A stretch of DNA of 64,000 nucleotides. It comes from Lama glama (Eukaryota). Each line of letters starts with the position of its first letter. The stretch's first letter is position 1. The notes beneath the pieces are model-generated. The model saw only the letters and a program-made list of their open reading frames with translations, made no database searches and was not told the origin of the DNA. A program made the translations under genes and the position numbers. Below, piece after piece: positions 53,392 through 64,000 of the stretch. The stretch spans positions 33,914,001-33,978,000 of the forward strand of contig CM052827.1 of the NCBI GenBank assembly GCA_028534125.1. The letters run 5' to 3'.

Positions 53392-56300
53392 TCACACTTC
53401 GAGGCCAGGACCCTTGCTCAGTCCCAGTGCCTGTACCAGATCTTCTCCAAGCCCACTCTTCAACGTCCTTCTCACTGCAAGGACAGAGCAGGGTTGGAGG
53501 GAGTGATGGGGTTAAGGCAGGCAGTGGGCATGCGGGGAATACTCACAAGACTTGCGGTTGCCACGGGAACGCTTGCGTTCTCGAGAAGCTAAGGCACGAG
53601 GATTGCTCTTGGTCACTGACTGCACCAGCAAGTCCATGATCTCATCTGAAGTGTCACTTGGTAAACTGGAGCCCAGAGATTCTTCTTGGGGCACAGTGGA
53701 GGGCCCCACTGCTGTAGCCATGACTGGGGAGCTGCTCTGGACCATGCCTGAGGGAGCCAGATAGGGAGGTCAGCCCAGGGTGGCCCCAGCTCATTGCCCC
53801 CAGTGGCCCCCAGGTCCCACCTCTGCTGCGGCGGCCATGTGTGGTGTCTTCAGGCTTGCTGGTCAGCAGACTCTTCATGCTGGCATGACTATCAGCATCA
53901 CCCCGTCCTGGCCCACTGCTCACAGCCACTGGGACAGATGAATTGCTGGGGGTTTCCCCAGCCACACCTGAGAACTTTTCTGTCTGAAGAAGCGAAAAGG
54001 GTGAGTTGGGAGTAGAGGGAAAAAAAACGTGGGGATATCAGTCAAGACCTGGAAGGGACACCCACCTCGGTGATCATGCGTCCCCGGGTCTTGTTGCGCT
54101 CACGATACGTGGCGCGCTTCTGCTGCTGCTGCAGCACCCGGTCCCGGCAAGTCCGATACTCCAGCGCGAACTCCCGCAGTGTGTGGCAGAACTGCATGAT
54201 GCGCACCTCACGGGCTGCCTCTGCCGTGTACCCCAGGTACAGGAGGAAGGCATGGAACCTAAGCAGGTTGGGGTGGGGAGGGATGGTGAGTCTTGCCTGG
54301 AGTTTGAGGGATGGTGGTGGCAGTCCCTTCTCTCTCTGGCCCACATCTCACCTGTTGTAGACACGGCGGTGCACGACCCTCAGCATGGCAACACGGCGGG
54401 TGCACTGGGCCAGGAAGTGGGTGAGGCGGGCACGCAGGGCTGGAGCCAGCTCGTGCTTGGCCAAGTTCCGCAGGCTCTCCTCGGCTGCCCAACACCGGTG
54501 CTCCAGTTGCCCCAGGTTCTCAGTCAGCTGCTCAAAGTCCACCTGGAAAAGAAGAGGGTACACATGTTGTTCCCCTACAGAAGGACACTGCCTGAGACTG
54601 CCTCTGTGCCAGGCTGGCAGCCTGGGTCCTGAGGACACAGACAGCCAAGATCTGGCCCCTGTCCTCCAAAAGCTCACAGTCTATTGCAGGAGACAGACAA
54701 GTCCATCTGATGCAGTGGGTAACAGAAGTTTCTTGGGATAAGTGGCAGCTAAACAGGACCAAAGACTGAGTAGGGGTAGCCAGGCCAATAGAGAAAAGAG
54801 TATGTACGGCAGAGGACACAGCCCACATGAACACCTGTATCCTGAGCAAGCACTGGAACGGCAGTCCACTTAGGGAGAAGCAGTGCTCCCTCATGCCATG
54901 GCCGGTTATAGTCAAACCTCTGGCAGGTGCTGACCTTGGCACAGCGCGTCAGGGCAGGAATTTCTGAGTAGAAGTCGGAGGAATCAGGCCGGGTCTGGAG
55001 CACCAGGGAGCAGAGATGGTGCAGCAGTGACTGTCGGCGCACCGTGTCCTTCACCTCTGACACCTTCTCCAGGTAGCTCAGCTCAAAGCCGCTGCTCTGA
55101 AAGGACCCTATCTGAGCCTGGGCCTGGTTGGCTCCAGAGCCCCAGCCCCTGCCCTTACATGCTCTCACTCACCTGGGAGCCATTGAGGAAGTTGCCCACA
55201 GCCAGCAGAGTGGCCAGGATGCAGCGGAAGGTGGCATTTTGGACCAGCTGTTCCATTCCCACCTTCAGGTCAAACAGTGGCTCTGCAATTTCCTGGTGTG
55301 GGAGGTCAGGGACTCAGACTACATGGTCATTATGCTCTCCTGTCCCCACTGCCTGTCCCACCCCATGACCCAGGTACCCGCTCCATGCTGTCATAATCCA
55401 GCTTGAAGGCCCAGAGTTGTAGGCGAGCCGCCAGGCCCCCGATGGAGGCGAGAGTCATCAGGAAATTCTCAGCTGGGCCCAGGGGTATATCAGGATTGGC
55501 CAGCTGGGCCTCCTCGATCTTCTGCCGCTCCTCCTCCGTTGGCATCATAGTCAGTAGCTTCTGAGAATGCACCCGCCACCCCATATAGGCCACTCAGCAC
55601 TGGCCTGAGGCTTCAGGTATTGGTGTTGACTCCTCCCTAGGTCATGTGGGGGAGTCCCAGAGTCCGAGGATTGCTCTGCAGAAATGCTAAGCCCATGCCC
55701 ACCACTGGAGGGACAGGAAATGCCCAATGACCAAAGGAAAGGGCCAGATTTCCCACACCCCTAGCTGGCTATCCCTACCTCAATGCCATCCTTGCTGACA
55801 GCAAACTCATCAAAGTTGAGCAGGGCAGCTTTAATGACGTGCACGGGTGGCAGTGTGGTTAGGCCGATGTTGATGGCGTTGCTGCGCTTGGGGTCCAGCA
55901 CTGTGGTCATTGTGCGGCGGCCCTCACCAGCTTTCTTTGAAGTTGGGAGAAGGGCAGTATAAGACTGGGAAAGGGACTAGCTATGGCAACAATCTAAGAG
56001 GGTAACCAAGGCCCCATTCTCAGTAGCCAAATGGGATCATTCCACAACCAGGGATCTGGGATGTGTAAGGCTTTGGGATGGGCTGATCCCTTACTAAGGG
56101 ACCTCAGACAAGCCCCTACTCCTTTATTTGCCTCAGTTTCCCCATGTGGGAAATGAGTGGCAGCCCCACTCACTCAGACCCTTGAGTTGATTTGCTCCCC
56201 TCTCCCCTGGATAAGGGTGTGATTACCTTGGAAGGCAGCACATCCTTGGCTCGAGACTCAAACAGGTGTTCTAGCCGGGCTGTATCCACTGAGACAGGCT

Positions 56301-59300
56301 CCAGTGAGGCCCACAGGGTAGGGCAGGGCCCAAAGCGGCTCCCAGAGCCTCCATGGACCCCAGCCAACTTTAGCTCCCGCCAGAAGAGTTTAACTGTCTT
56401 TCTCTTGGTGGGGAGGGCTAGGCCATCAGGTGCTGAAGGAGGAAGAGGGGCAACTGGGGGTGGAGGTGGTGGGAAGGGGCTTTTGATGGGTGGGGGAGGT
56501 GGGGGTGGAGGAGGTGGGGGGCCTCCAGAGATCAGGGGTGGTGGGGGTGGGACCCCTTTCCCTGCCTCCACAGACTCTGTATTCAGCATGTCCTGGTCTT
56601 CATCCTCCCCCAGATCTGAGAAGTCCAGATCCCCAATGCAGAGCTTAGGTACATGGGTACGGAGTTCCTGAATGGGCTCAGTCTTGGGACTTGGTGGGGC
56701 CAAAGTCTCCTTGGGCTCTGGCTCAAGGCACTGCTGGGCCCGGAGCAGGATTCGGGGGGCAGCACTCTGGGGTGTTCTGGGTGCAGGGGCTGGTTCTGGG
56801 GAGCCCCGTAGTTCCAGGGTGTCTAGAAAAGTGGAAGAAGCTGTCAGTGTCATGCCCTCTGCGGAGCAACAGGGCAACCTAGGTGAATTCTGCCCACCCA
56901 CCTACTTACCTCGGTGCCCATCGACCTCTTCGGGCATAGCTCCAGCCAGTGTCTCTGCCCGGCCCTGGGCCAGTGCAGCCTGCTTTTCTGTTTCTGCTGC
57001 TGCTACATTCTCCAGGAACTGGGCTCTAGGGGAAGGCACGTGTCAGTGAGGGTGTCTGACACACCCCAGCCCAGGGTGGCGCACATGCCTTGCTGGGCCC
57101 CTAGGCACTGCCCCTAATTGCAGGCACACACAGACACACAGGGAACAGTCCATGCGCTGAGCAGACCCAGAACCTGCCCTGCAAGGCCAGCCTCTCCATG
57201 TTCAGTCTTCCACATCTGGGGAGGGTCACTACCAACCCAGTATTCCCAGGTCAACATGTGGGGAGAAGTTCTACTTCACATTTAATTTGCAACTGTGCTG
57301 CTATTCATGTTCGCTGTTCTGATTCTAGACAAGGACCCTTAGAGCAGGGGAAGGGAACAGCTGTCCAAATGGGCACACCATGCTGTTCCTCCCTTGGCAT
57401 GTCTGGCAGCTTCTGAGAGCTGTGGTCTATGCCCAAAAAGGGCCTGGTAAGCAACAGGCACTCAGTTTATGTTAAAACAATGAATGTGATCCTGTTTCCT
57501 TCTTGGCCTCTTCAGCCTCTGTTGGCACTCAGTCCCTTATCATTCCCTTAGCTGGAAGTTACTCTTCCACCTCCACATCACACAGCACCCTAGATTCCCT
57601 CCCAGCCCTAATCCTGGGCTGAGGACACAGGAGAATCAGCTCTAGGTTGGGAGTCAACATTCTCATCGCTGGCCAAAGCTGTTAAGTTGTCACCATTGAA
57701 GCACAGGAACCTCTGTGGCCCCAGTGAACTGCTTCCCAGTGCTCCTGGGTAACCAAGGAGGCATCAGTCTGGGAGAAACAGGGCCTGAGAGCCCCCCAGC
57801 TCTGGCTGCATCAGGCACATATAACCCCCGCTGGGGGAAGCAATGCTGAAGCCCTGAGCACATGGCAGGCCTGGCAGGCTGGCCTCTGTACTTACTCCAG
57901 CCTGGCCTGCCCAGTGGGGGACTGGGGGACAGGTGGGTTCTCAGGGGCCCTGGGTAGGGGGGACGAGAGGAAGAGTTGGCAATAGTGGTGCCTGGTCCAC
58001 CCCAAAGCCCAGTTGCTCACACCCACACAGAGCTAGGTGGTGATATCAGGGGTTCCTTCCCAGGCACGGTGGGAAGAGGAGGTGATGAGGGAGGCTAGAC
58101 GTGAGGAAAGTGGAAGTGGAGGGGAGAGACTGACATGACACAAGACAGAGTGCAGTAGAAGAGCAGAACGAGAGAGAGAGAGACAGACAGACACAGACAG
58201 AAAGACAGAAGTGGGTAGGGAAACAGATGACATTGGCAAAGACAGGCAGAATGCCAGAAAGAGATGAAGAGAAGCCACAGGAGGAGGAGGTCCAGTCGGA
58301 GCCGAACCCCACCCCCCAGCAGTCACTTACCAAACAGGAGCAGTTTGGTGAAGTCTGGAAAGAAAGAGAGAGAAAGCACGCGTGTGGGCAGAGAAGTTTG
58401 GGCAGAGGAGGCGGAGGGCCCGTGGAGGGGCGCAGAGCGGAGGGACAGTTGGAGAGAGAACTCCCAGGACAGCCTCTATCTCCCTGCTTACTTGTAGATA
58501 CTCCTCTCACAGGAGCTGTCGGATGAGGGCGCCACGGAGATGGTAGGAAAGAGGCTCACGGTGGTATGCAGGCCAGAGGCCTGGCCCCCGGGACTGGAGG
58601 CGGGGCCTGTAGAAGGGGCGGAGCCTATGAGGCTGGAGGCGGGACCTGACAGCAGGGCAGGGCCGGCAGAGGAGATGGAGACGATCGGTGAGGCGGGGCC
58701 TGTGGAGCTGGAGGCGTGGCCTGTCAGGAGGCAGAGCTACTCCTGGCAGATCCGCTCCTTCCCATCTGCCAAGGCTCCTTAGCTCTTACCCAGGCTCTGG
58801 GGTGCGCACTTCTAGAGATCGTCGGCTTCTCTTGCCTTCCTCTGAAGAAGGCTTTCGGCGAGTGGTGCGCCGCCCACCTGCGAAAGCTTCTTCCATGTCT
58901 CCATCCTCCAACCGCAGGGCATTCTAGCGGAGTTGAGCCCAGATGGGAGCGGCTGAGGCCCAAGTAGGTGGGATGGGGCACTGATCTGCACCCGTTCCCC
59001 TCCCTCCCCTCCTCTCGCCAGCAGTCCGGCCCCAGCCAGTCCAGCCCACCTCGTAGAGCACAAGCTGCGCGCGCAGATCGACATCTGTGCCAGCGGTGCC
59101 CAAGTGGCGCTGGACCAGTGCCTCCATGCCCTGCTGCTCCAGTGCATCTGTCACGTCGTAGAAGGAGTCCTGATCCGGGAGCGCTGCCAGAGTCTAGAGG
59201 GTGAGGTAGAAGGGCAAGGCTAAAGCTGATGGGAACAGGAAGTCAGGAGCCTGAGGGGCTCAGAATTGGTGCTTAGTTCTCCCCTTGCTCCCACCACCCG

Positions 59301-61157
59301 ACCTTGTTGATGAGGGTGACAGTATACACCAACAACTCAGGGTCCGCACCATTCTTCTCCTCCAGGATGGACACCAGATTGGCCCATGGAAGAGCACCTG
59401 CCACACAGAAAGGGGAGCAGTCATGTGGGGACAAGAAGGAAAGAGGACTCTGAACAGTGGGGGAGGGAGGGACAGTCTCTGACCCGTGGTGCTGGCCACA
59501 GAGTTGACTGCACGGATGAACAGCGGTGCGTTGCTCTCAGAGTATTCCACAAACACCAGCAGCAGCTTCAGGGCTGTCTTCACCACCAAGCGGGACTGAG
59601 AGAGGGGTCACCACATATGAGCGGGGCTTGGGCCAGATCTGTGCTAGCTCCTGATGGGGAGGGGGAAGGGCTCCTGGGGCTGGACCAGGGTTGAGAGTCT
59701 AGGCAGAAGGACCTGGCTCTAGGCCCAGGTGTTGAAGTGCCTTCCACACTTAGAGGGGCCACAGACTTACTCCATTCTAGCCCACGTTGCAGAAGAGGAA
59801 ACTGAGGCCCAGAAAGAGGCAGTGGGAAAGGGTGCATGGCTGAGTGGAGGGCCACTTACCAGGCTGGCACACAGTGTGTACAGCCACTGCACGGTCTCAC
59901 TGTGGGCCACCACACCCAGCATCCCATCCACAAAAAGCATTAGCTGGCCTAGTGCTGGGGATACAGCGACAAGAAGAGGTCAGTAAAGGATTGCTGAAGG
60001 CAGGGGTCATGGGGAAGGGATGGGGCTGACCTCGGAGAATGTAGCTCTGATAGTTGTGGTCGGCAGCTGCACCCACACGGATTAGGCAGCTCAGCCCCTC
60101 CGAATGCACAAACTCAGGCACCAAGTCCTTGTCCTCCTGAGGGCACCATGCAGGAGTTTAGAGGGGCTCAGCCTGGATGCCCACCCCCAGCCCACCTCCG
60201 GGCCTCACCTGGAAGATCTGCTTTAGTGAGAAGAGGGAGCGGCGGAGCTCAGGGCCACTGGAGCCATACAACTTCTCTGCAAGGAGTAGGTGGGTATGGA
60301 AACCTCAAGGAGACACAGATACAGCCCTCCACCAAAGAATATGCTAGTGTGCTAGTACTTTTGAACCCCCACCTCCTCCTCCACTCCCTGACTCTGGGCA
60401 ACCCCACCACAGTCTAGCAGCAGCATCAGCCTCAGCCCTGGAAGGAGAGGTCAGGATAGGAATGAGAGGGGTCACACATCCTGTCTCCTATCTGTCCTGT
60501 CGACTGCCCAGAACAGGCCTGAAAGAAACTGCACCAACTGGGGCAGTGTATATGGGGGAAGTGTTGACAGACAGTGATGTCCTCACACACTCACCCAAGA
60601 TGGCATTGACCCTCACGGAGAGCTGGGTCCGCAAGATCAGAGTAGGCTTCCGCCCTTTGCTAGAATCAAGTAACCCAGTCAGCAGCTCCCAGTCCACTCC
60701 TTAGGGTCCCTCCCCTCCAGCCAAGGCAGCCAAAGACCTCCCCACATGCCAACCCTGGCTCAGTTCCTTCCTCTCCAACTGTTTCTCCAAGCCCAAGAGT
60801 TGTCCAGGGAGGGCTTGTGCAAACACAGGCATCTCAGGTATGTGGGAGAGCCCCCACTCCCATCCCAGGCAGCAGGTAACAGTGGTCAGGCCTTGGGATT
60901 CCCCTGGCACAGTTCCCTGGGGCAGCAGGAGGTGACCCACAGCCCTGGTTAGAGATCAGGTGTCTTGGCTGATAACACCTGAGCCAGCCCCTCCAACACT
61001 GGGGCAAGAGTGGGAGCCAGCCTTGCCTTCCTGGCCCCATCAGCTCTGACCTGATCTCTTCAAAGAAGCCCTCCAGCATCTCCCGCTGCTCTTCCAGGGA
61101 CAGCTCAGGGTCCAGGTAGTATCCAGATGGAGACACTTGCAGGGCACAGTCCTCTAG
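53392..61157 (-). CDS. FHOD1: FH1/FH2 domain-containing protein 1 (formin), exon 2 to end; exon 1 beyond the window
   Basis: Exons 61157-61051, 60659-60595, 60276-60209, 60136-60031, 59954-59860, 59595-59484, 59397-59303, 59193-59050, 58923-58790, 58707-58492, 57025-56910, 56822-56227, 55934-55779, 55560-55378, 55292-55173, 55096-54935, 54542-54352, 54258-54066, 53983-53821, 53747-53547, 53474-53392. Total 3306 nt, in frame. FH1 poly-Pro, FH2 (KTVKLFW, GNFLNG), DAD (MDLLVQSV...[18 protein letters not shown]). AATAAA (-) at 53184-53189. Confidence 0.96.
57896..58354 (-). CDS. FHOD1: FHOD1 alternative cassette exons (24 nt at 58354-58331 and 54 nt at 57949-57896)
   Basis: Both are flanked by cag/gtaag and are phase 2-2. 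Together they add 26 aa (LHQTAPVW + [18 protein letters not shown]), resembling the recalled longer FHOD1 isoform insert. Confidence 0.8.
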
Positions 61158-62993
61158 CTGGGGGCAAAGGGAACAGCTGTCAGGGCTGGAGAAGAGGTGG
61201 CAGGAGTATGCTTGGAGACCCCATAACCTCCTACCTCCCACTCAGGGTGCTGGCACAGAGACACACACAAGGGCCTGCACTGCAGCAATGCATTTCTTTA
61301 GCAATCAGTTCTCAAGGGCCTACTATGTGCAAGGCCCATGGAGCTCATAGGGCTTTCTCCTGGCTAACACCTACTCACTCTTTAGGTTTCAGATTAGACA
61401 ATGCTTTTTTTTGAAAGCCTTCCTGGACTCCTCCAGGCAATGCTAAGCAATCCACTCCAGCCTGTGTGCGTAACCCTATCAGAGGCCTTTGACACAGCGT
61501 TATCACATCCTAGACATGAGTCTCCTTCCCCACCAACCATGTGTCTTCTGGGTTCAGGCACCATGTCTGCTTGCCCAAGCTATATCCACAGAGTCTATTA
61601 TAGCACTCGGCACACAGTAAGTTCTCCCTAAATGGTTGTTGAGCTAATGAACATGAATGAGGAAAGGGAATGGAGAGAAGATGGGAGGAAGTTCCTGCAT
61701 TCGAGGAAATTCACAGCCTTGTGGGGTGGTAAGTTGCAGCCACAAAGCAACCAAGTCCAGGGAGAAAGTGTTAAGAAGCTGGGAGGAGCAAACCCAGCTG
61801 AGAGGGGGATGTGTGTCCTCCTGAGTTAAGAGGGTGAGAAGGAGGGGCTAATCAACAGGTTCCCAGTCCCTTCAGGCCTGAGGGTCTTTGCCCTACCCCC
61901 AAGTGGGCTACAGTTACCGTGGTCCTAGGTGGACCTCAGAGGCCTCCAAGGGGCCTATTAAACACCAGATTTTAGTCTGACTCAGTCAGCCTACAGTCCC
62001 TGAAACCTGCATTGTAACAAGGAGGCACACACTCCATCCATGAGTCCACTTTACATGTCACCTCCCCACTGAGCCTGGCTTCCCACCACCACCAACACAA
62101 CACTTGGCTGCTTGAGAAGTGCCTGTGGAGAAGCCTGGTAAGGTGACTTAGGACAGTCTAAGGGCAGCACCGTGCCTCTCCCTGACACCTCCTCCATAGC
62201 ACAGTGCACATGCAGGGCTCAGCAAAGTTCCCTTGACTTGAGTGGTCCCATTCCTTGAGAGGCCCAGGGAGAGCCCATGTCTGGAGAGGCAGTGTGTCTT
62301 CTGGTCTCCATCTTACTGGGAAAGTCAACTCCAACATTTGTCCTGCTGTTCTGTCAGCCCTGCCCTGCTCTGGAACCAGCCCAAGGGCTTCCAGCTGCCC
62401 TTGGTCCCCTGGGATGAAGGGAGTCCAGTTCCTGCCCCTACCCTGCTTCTGCTTAGTACCCCTGCTCATGCCTGAGAGCCTGACCCGGCTCCTTCTTGGC
62501 AGTTCAGCCTGTAAGGCCCTTGGGTGACCATCCCCTCCCCCTTCCCCCGTCCTGGCTCCTGCACTGGGACATGGGACATAGGACAAACACTCCAGCCTAT
62601 TCTCTGTCCCACTTCCTGCTTGGCTGCCTGCCCTCCCCTGGGCGACTTGGGCGGGCCTGGTCTCTCTCTGCTCCCTGGGAGCAGAGTCATCCTCTCCAGG
62701 GCCTACTGGGAACAGGCCCTGAGATGGGGCAGCAAGGCCCCAGGGCTGGGGTACTTCTTCCAGGGCCGGTTCAGCTGAGCGCAGCCCCGCATTCCTCCTG
62801 ATCCCTCTTCCCACACGGTGACTCAGCAGCCTACCCACCCTGCCCCCAGCCAGGCACAGTTACATCTCCTTCCACCTTGGACTGGAGGACTCTGGGACCC
62901 TAGTGAAACACATCTTCCCCAGAGCCACAAATCCCCTCAGGGATCCCCCAAGTCACACACAGATAGAATAGCTCATTCATTCAAACATTCATG

Positions 62994-63108
62994 GGGGGGA
63001 GGGTATAGCACAGTGGTAGAGAACATGCATGAGGGCCTGGGTTCCATCCCCAATATCTCCATTAAATAAATAAATCAACCTAATTCCCACCCACCCCCCA
63101 AACCCAAA
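62994..63108 (+). mobile_element. tRNA-derived SINE (camelid Vic-1-like) inserted into an L2 tail
   Basis: gggagggtatagcacagtggtagag...gggttccatcccc followed by (AAAT)n. Perfect 11-bp TSD aaacattcatg (62983-62993 / 63109-63119). Confidence 0.85.
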
Positions 63109-64000
63109 AAACATTCATGAACCAGGCTGGTTTTAGGTGCTGAGGACAGAGCAGGGAACAAGACACCGCTCTGCCTTCCCTGTCTTCCAACCCAGCGGTG
63201 GAGGCAGGCAGACTTGACTCAGAGAAAGGCCACAAATAAACAGAGAGGCACAAATGCTGAGAAAGGGGAGGGGTGGAGAGCTGTAAAGGTAAACACTGGA
63301 GGGGTAAGTAGATTACACCTGATAGCGACTTACACTTCCAAGTATATGGTCAGGTAGGTACACATATGCTTACTGGCACAGGCAAGAAGCACACCCACAG
63401 AAAGCTCAGGCCCAGCAAGCTCTCTTCCCCTTGTGCATGCACACTTGCAGGCTCTAATCCCAGGTAAGCCAAGAATGGCCCTCTCCTTCCAGAATACCTG
63501 GGCTGCCTGCATCTATTTGGGGCAGAGTCCTGAAGACTAAATACTCCACCACCCCTAGTCTGCTCAGATGAGCAGATTAAACCTCTTTTCCTCCATGGTG
63601 GTAGCAGTGGCCTCCCTAGCCACTTCACCTGTCTTATCCTGCCAGGGCCCCATTTCTGGGGAGGGCACCCAGAGGTAACAGCCAGACCAAAGCCTTCAGA
63701 TGATGGATGGTGTCTCCTGCCCTCAGCTGTCTGTCCTGGGTGGAGATGGGGGTGGGGTGGGGAAGGGTTAGGGTCAGGCAAGCTGCAAAGAGCAGGGACT
63801 TCCTGCCAGCTGGGTGCTGCTTGTCCCTCACACTCTTGGCCCCTTCCTGGGGTCACTCTTTTGAGAGCCAAACCTCTGGGCCTTGTTTCTCACACCCTGG
63901 GGCTGGGCCAGGCTGGACTAAGCCCAAACCCTGGTGCCTGCTGACAATGGTTGGGGTCAGCACAGGGCCTACAACCCTGACTCCCTCCTGGCTCTTGTCT

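Noticed and set aside
58022-58095. Possible third FHOD1 cassette exon between the two small exons
   Set aside because: In the required phase 2 it contains a TGA. The only open frame is phase 0 and its donor is weak.
62158-62838. 226-aa minus-strand ORF in FHOD1 intron 1
   Set aside because: No recognisable domain, a non-ATG start and no splice context. It is likely a chance ORF in GC-rich DNA.

Overview
This is a mammalian euchromatic window, not a prokaryotic one. It is the gene-dense block syntenic to human 16q22.1: the 3' part of HSF4 (+), NOL3/ARC (+), MATCAP1/KIAA0895L (-), EXOC3L1 (-), E2F4 (+), ELMO3 (+) with the antisense intronic miR-328, LRRC29/FBXL9 (-), TMEM208 (+) and FHOD1 (-, exon 1 outside the window). 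Exon boundaries were traced by hand from splice signals and reading-frame phase. Four copies of a short tRNA-derived SINE with target-site duplications resemble the camelid Vic-1 family, so the species is probably a camelid (inference). The main finding is that the F-box/LRR gene LRRC29 has intact promoter motifs and splice sites but four ORF-disrupting lesions: a TAG, a 4-bp insertion, a TGA and a 1-bp deletion. It looks like a unitary pseudogene, apparently lost independently of the human FBXL9P loss, and it lies on the same strand just upstream of miR-328. Other notable items are a U12-type AC-ending intron in E2F4, a dual-frame HSF4a/b exon, a truncated Nop30 frame in NOL3, tandem HIF elements at the NOL3 promoter, FHOD1 microexons and a coding minisatellite, and several unannotated degenerate tandem repeats. 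Five N-runs hide parts of HSF4, E2F4 and TMEM208. Ortholog comparisons rely on recalled sequences and were not computed.
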